DNA of 63,956 nucleotides, filler included, from Octopus bimaculoides (lineage: Eukaryota): assembly GCF_001194135.2 (NCBI RefSeq). It is 4 parts of 3 records of this genome, joined end to end, with 100 filler letters (N's around TTAATTAATTAA, not from the genome) between each part and the next. Parts side by side here need not be neighbours in the genome. Positions count along the whole stretch, not along the records: positions 55,744 to 63,956 come from NC_068982.1; 3 more parts are not named here. One strand, 5' to 3'. The stretch's first letter is position 1. Each line of letters begins with the position of its first letter. Shown here piece by piece: positions 63,335 through 63,956 of this stretch. Under the pieces are notes generated by a model that was given only the letters and a program-made list of their open reading frames with translations, did not search any database and was not told the DNA's origin. Made by a program: the position numbers and the translations under genes.

Positions 63335-63544
63335 AATAATTCGTGACAATTGTTTCTGTGCCAACTCTGCTTGCAACGCCAGTTTATGTAAATATCCGAA
63401 GTGAAAATTTACGCAATGTTTGCGATTTTAGACATTAGAGTTGGCGTCGGAAACCGCAAACATTACGTAACTTTTCACTGCGAACTTTTGCGTAAATTGG
63501 CGTTGCCAGTAGAGTTGGTACAGAAACAATTGTAACGAATCATT
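63335..63544. mobile_element. 210-bp palindromic fold-back element (unclassified MITE)
   Basis: Arms of about 90-99 bp are similar reverse complements (aataattcgtgacaattgtttctg / cagaaacaattgtaacgaatcatt), with a recurring ccaactct/agagttgg motif. Confidence 0.78.
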
Positions 63545-63901
63545 TTCTTTGTTTTATTATTTGGATTATAGTTTACTGATCGCCACACTTACCCAACAGT
63601 TCTACCGTTGAGAAACCAAGATTTTCTACACTTGAAGTATTTTGGTATTAGTCTGGAATCCGACAGTGTTGATAGCCCAGAATTCGAGTTGAGAGCTTCT
63701 CTGGAAATACCCTACCTTTACACTTTACCAGGACCAAAGCTATGAGCATGTCCCTTGGTGGTTGACGATATGTGCATCTCTGATCACGAGCTGAGTAGTG
63801 GGGAGTATCATAACCACCATGTGTCGAGAGGAATTCTTTGGGGTTTGAATCATTCACCTCTGGAAACATGGGTGTTTCGTTCATCATCCTTAAACAAACC
63901 T

Positions 63902-63956
<55 letters not shown>

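Overview
Eukaryotic, AT-rich, gap-ridden genomic DNA dominated by microsatellites and transposable elements. The repeat families and assembly style point to a cephalopod, probably Octopus; this is an inference. I can find no intact protein-coding gene, rRNA or CRISPR array, and nearly all ORFs in the supplied track are artefacts of (TG)n/(TA)n/trinucleotide repeats or N-gaps. Supported content: (i) many copies of tRNA-headed SINE families (working names A to D, plus tail families E and F) that share modules; (ii) DNA transposon relics: mariner ends and MITEs, Tigger-like, hAT and piggyBac MITEs, a decayed Merlin/ISXO2 transposase, and several unclassified fold-back palindromes; (iii) decayed RTE LINE and Penelope-like element (PLE) coding fragments, including a C2H2 zinc-finger pair and hammerhead-ribozyme-like motifs; (iv) a tRNA-Thr-like pseudogene; (v) three artificial 100-bp scaffold spacers. 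The most interesting signals are the PLE-type hammerhead motif, a SINE tail matching a LINE-like 3' end, a mariner MITE built from two inverted transposase 3' ends, and a CpG-eroded domain (about 23.4-42.4 kb) that may mark a methylated gene body. Family assignments come from recalled motifs, not database searches.
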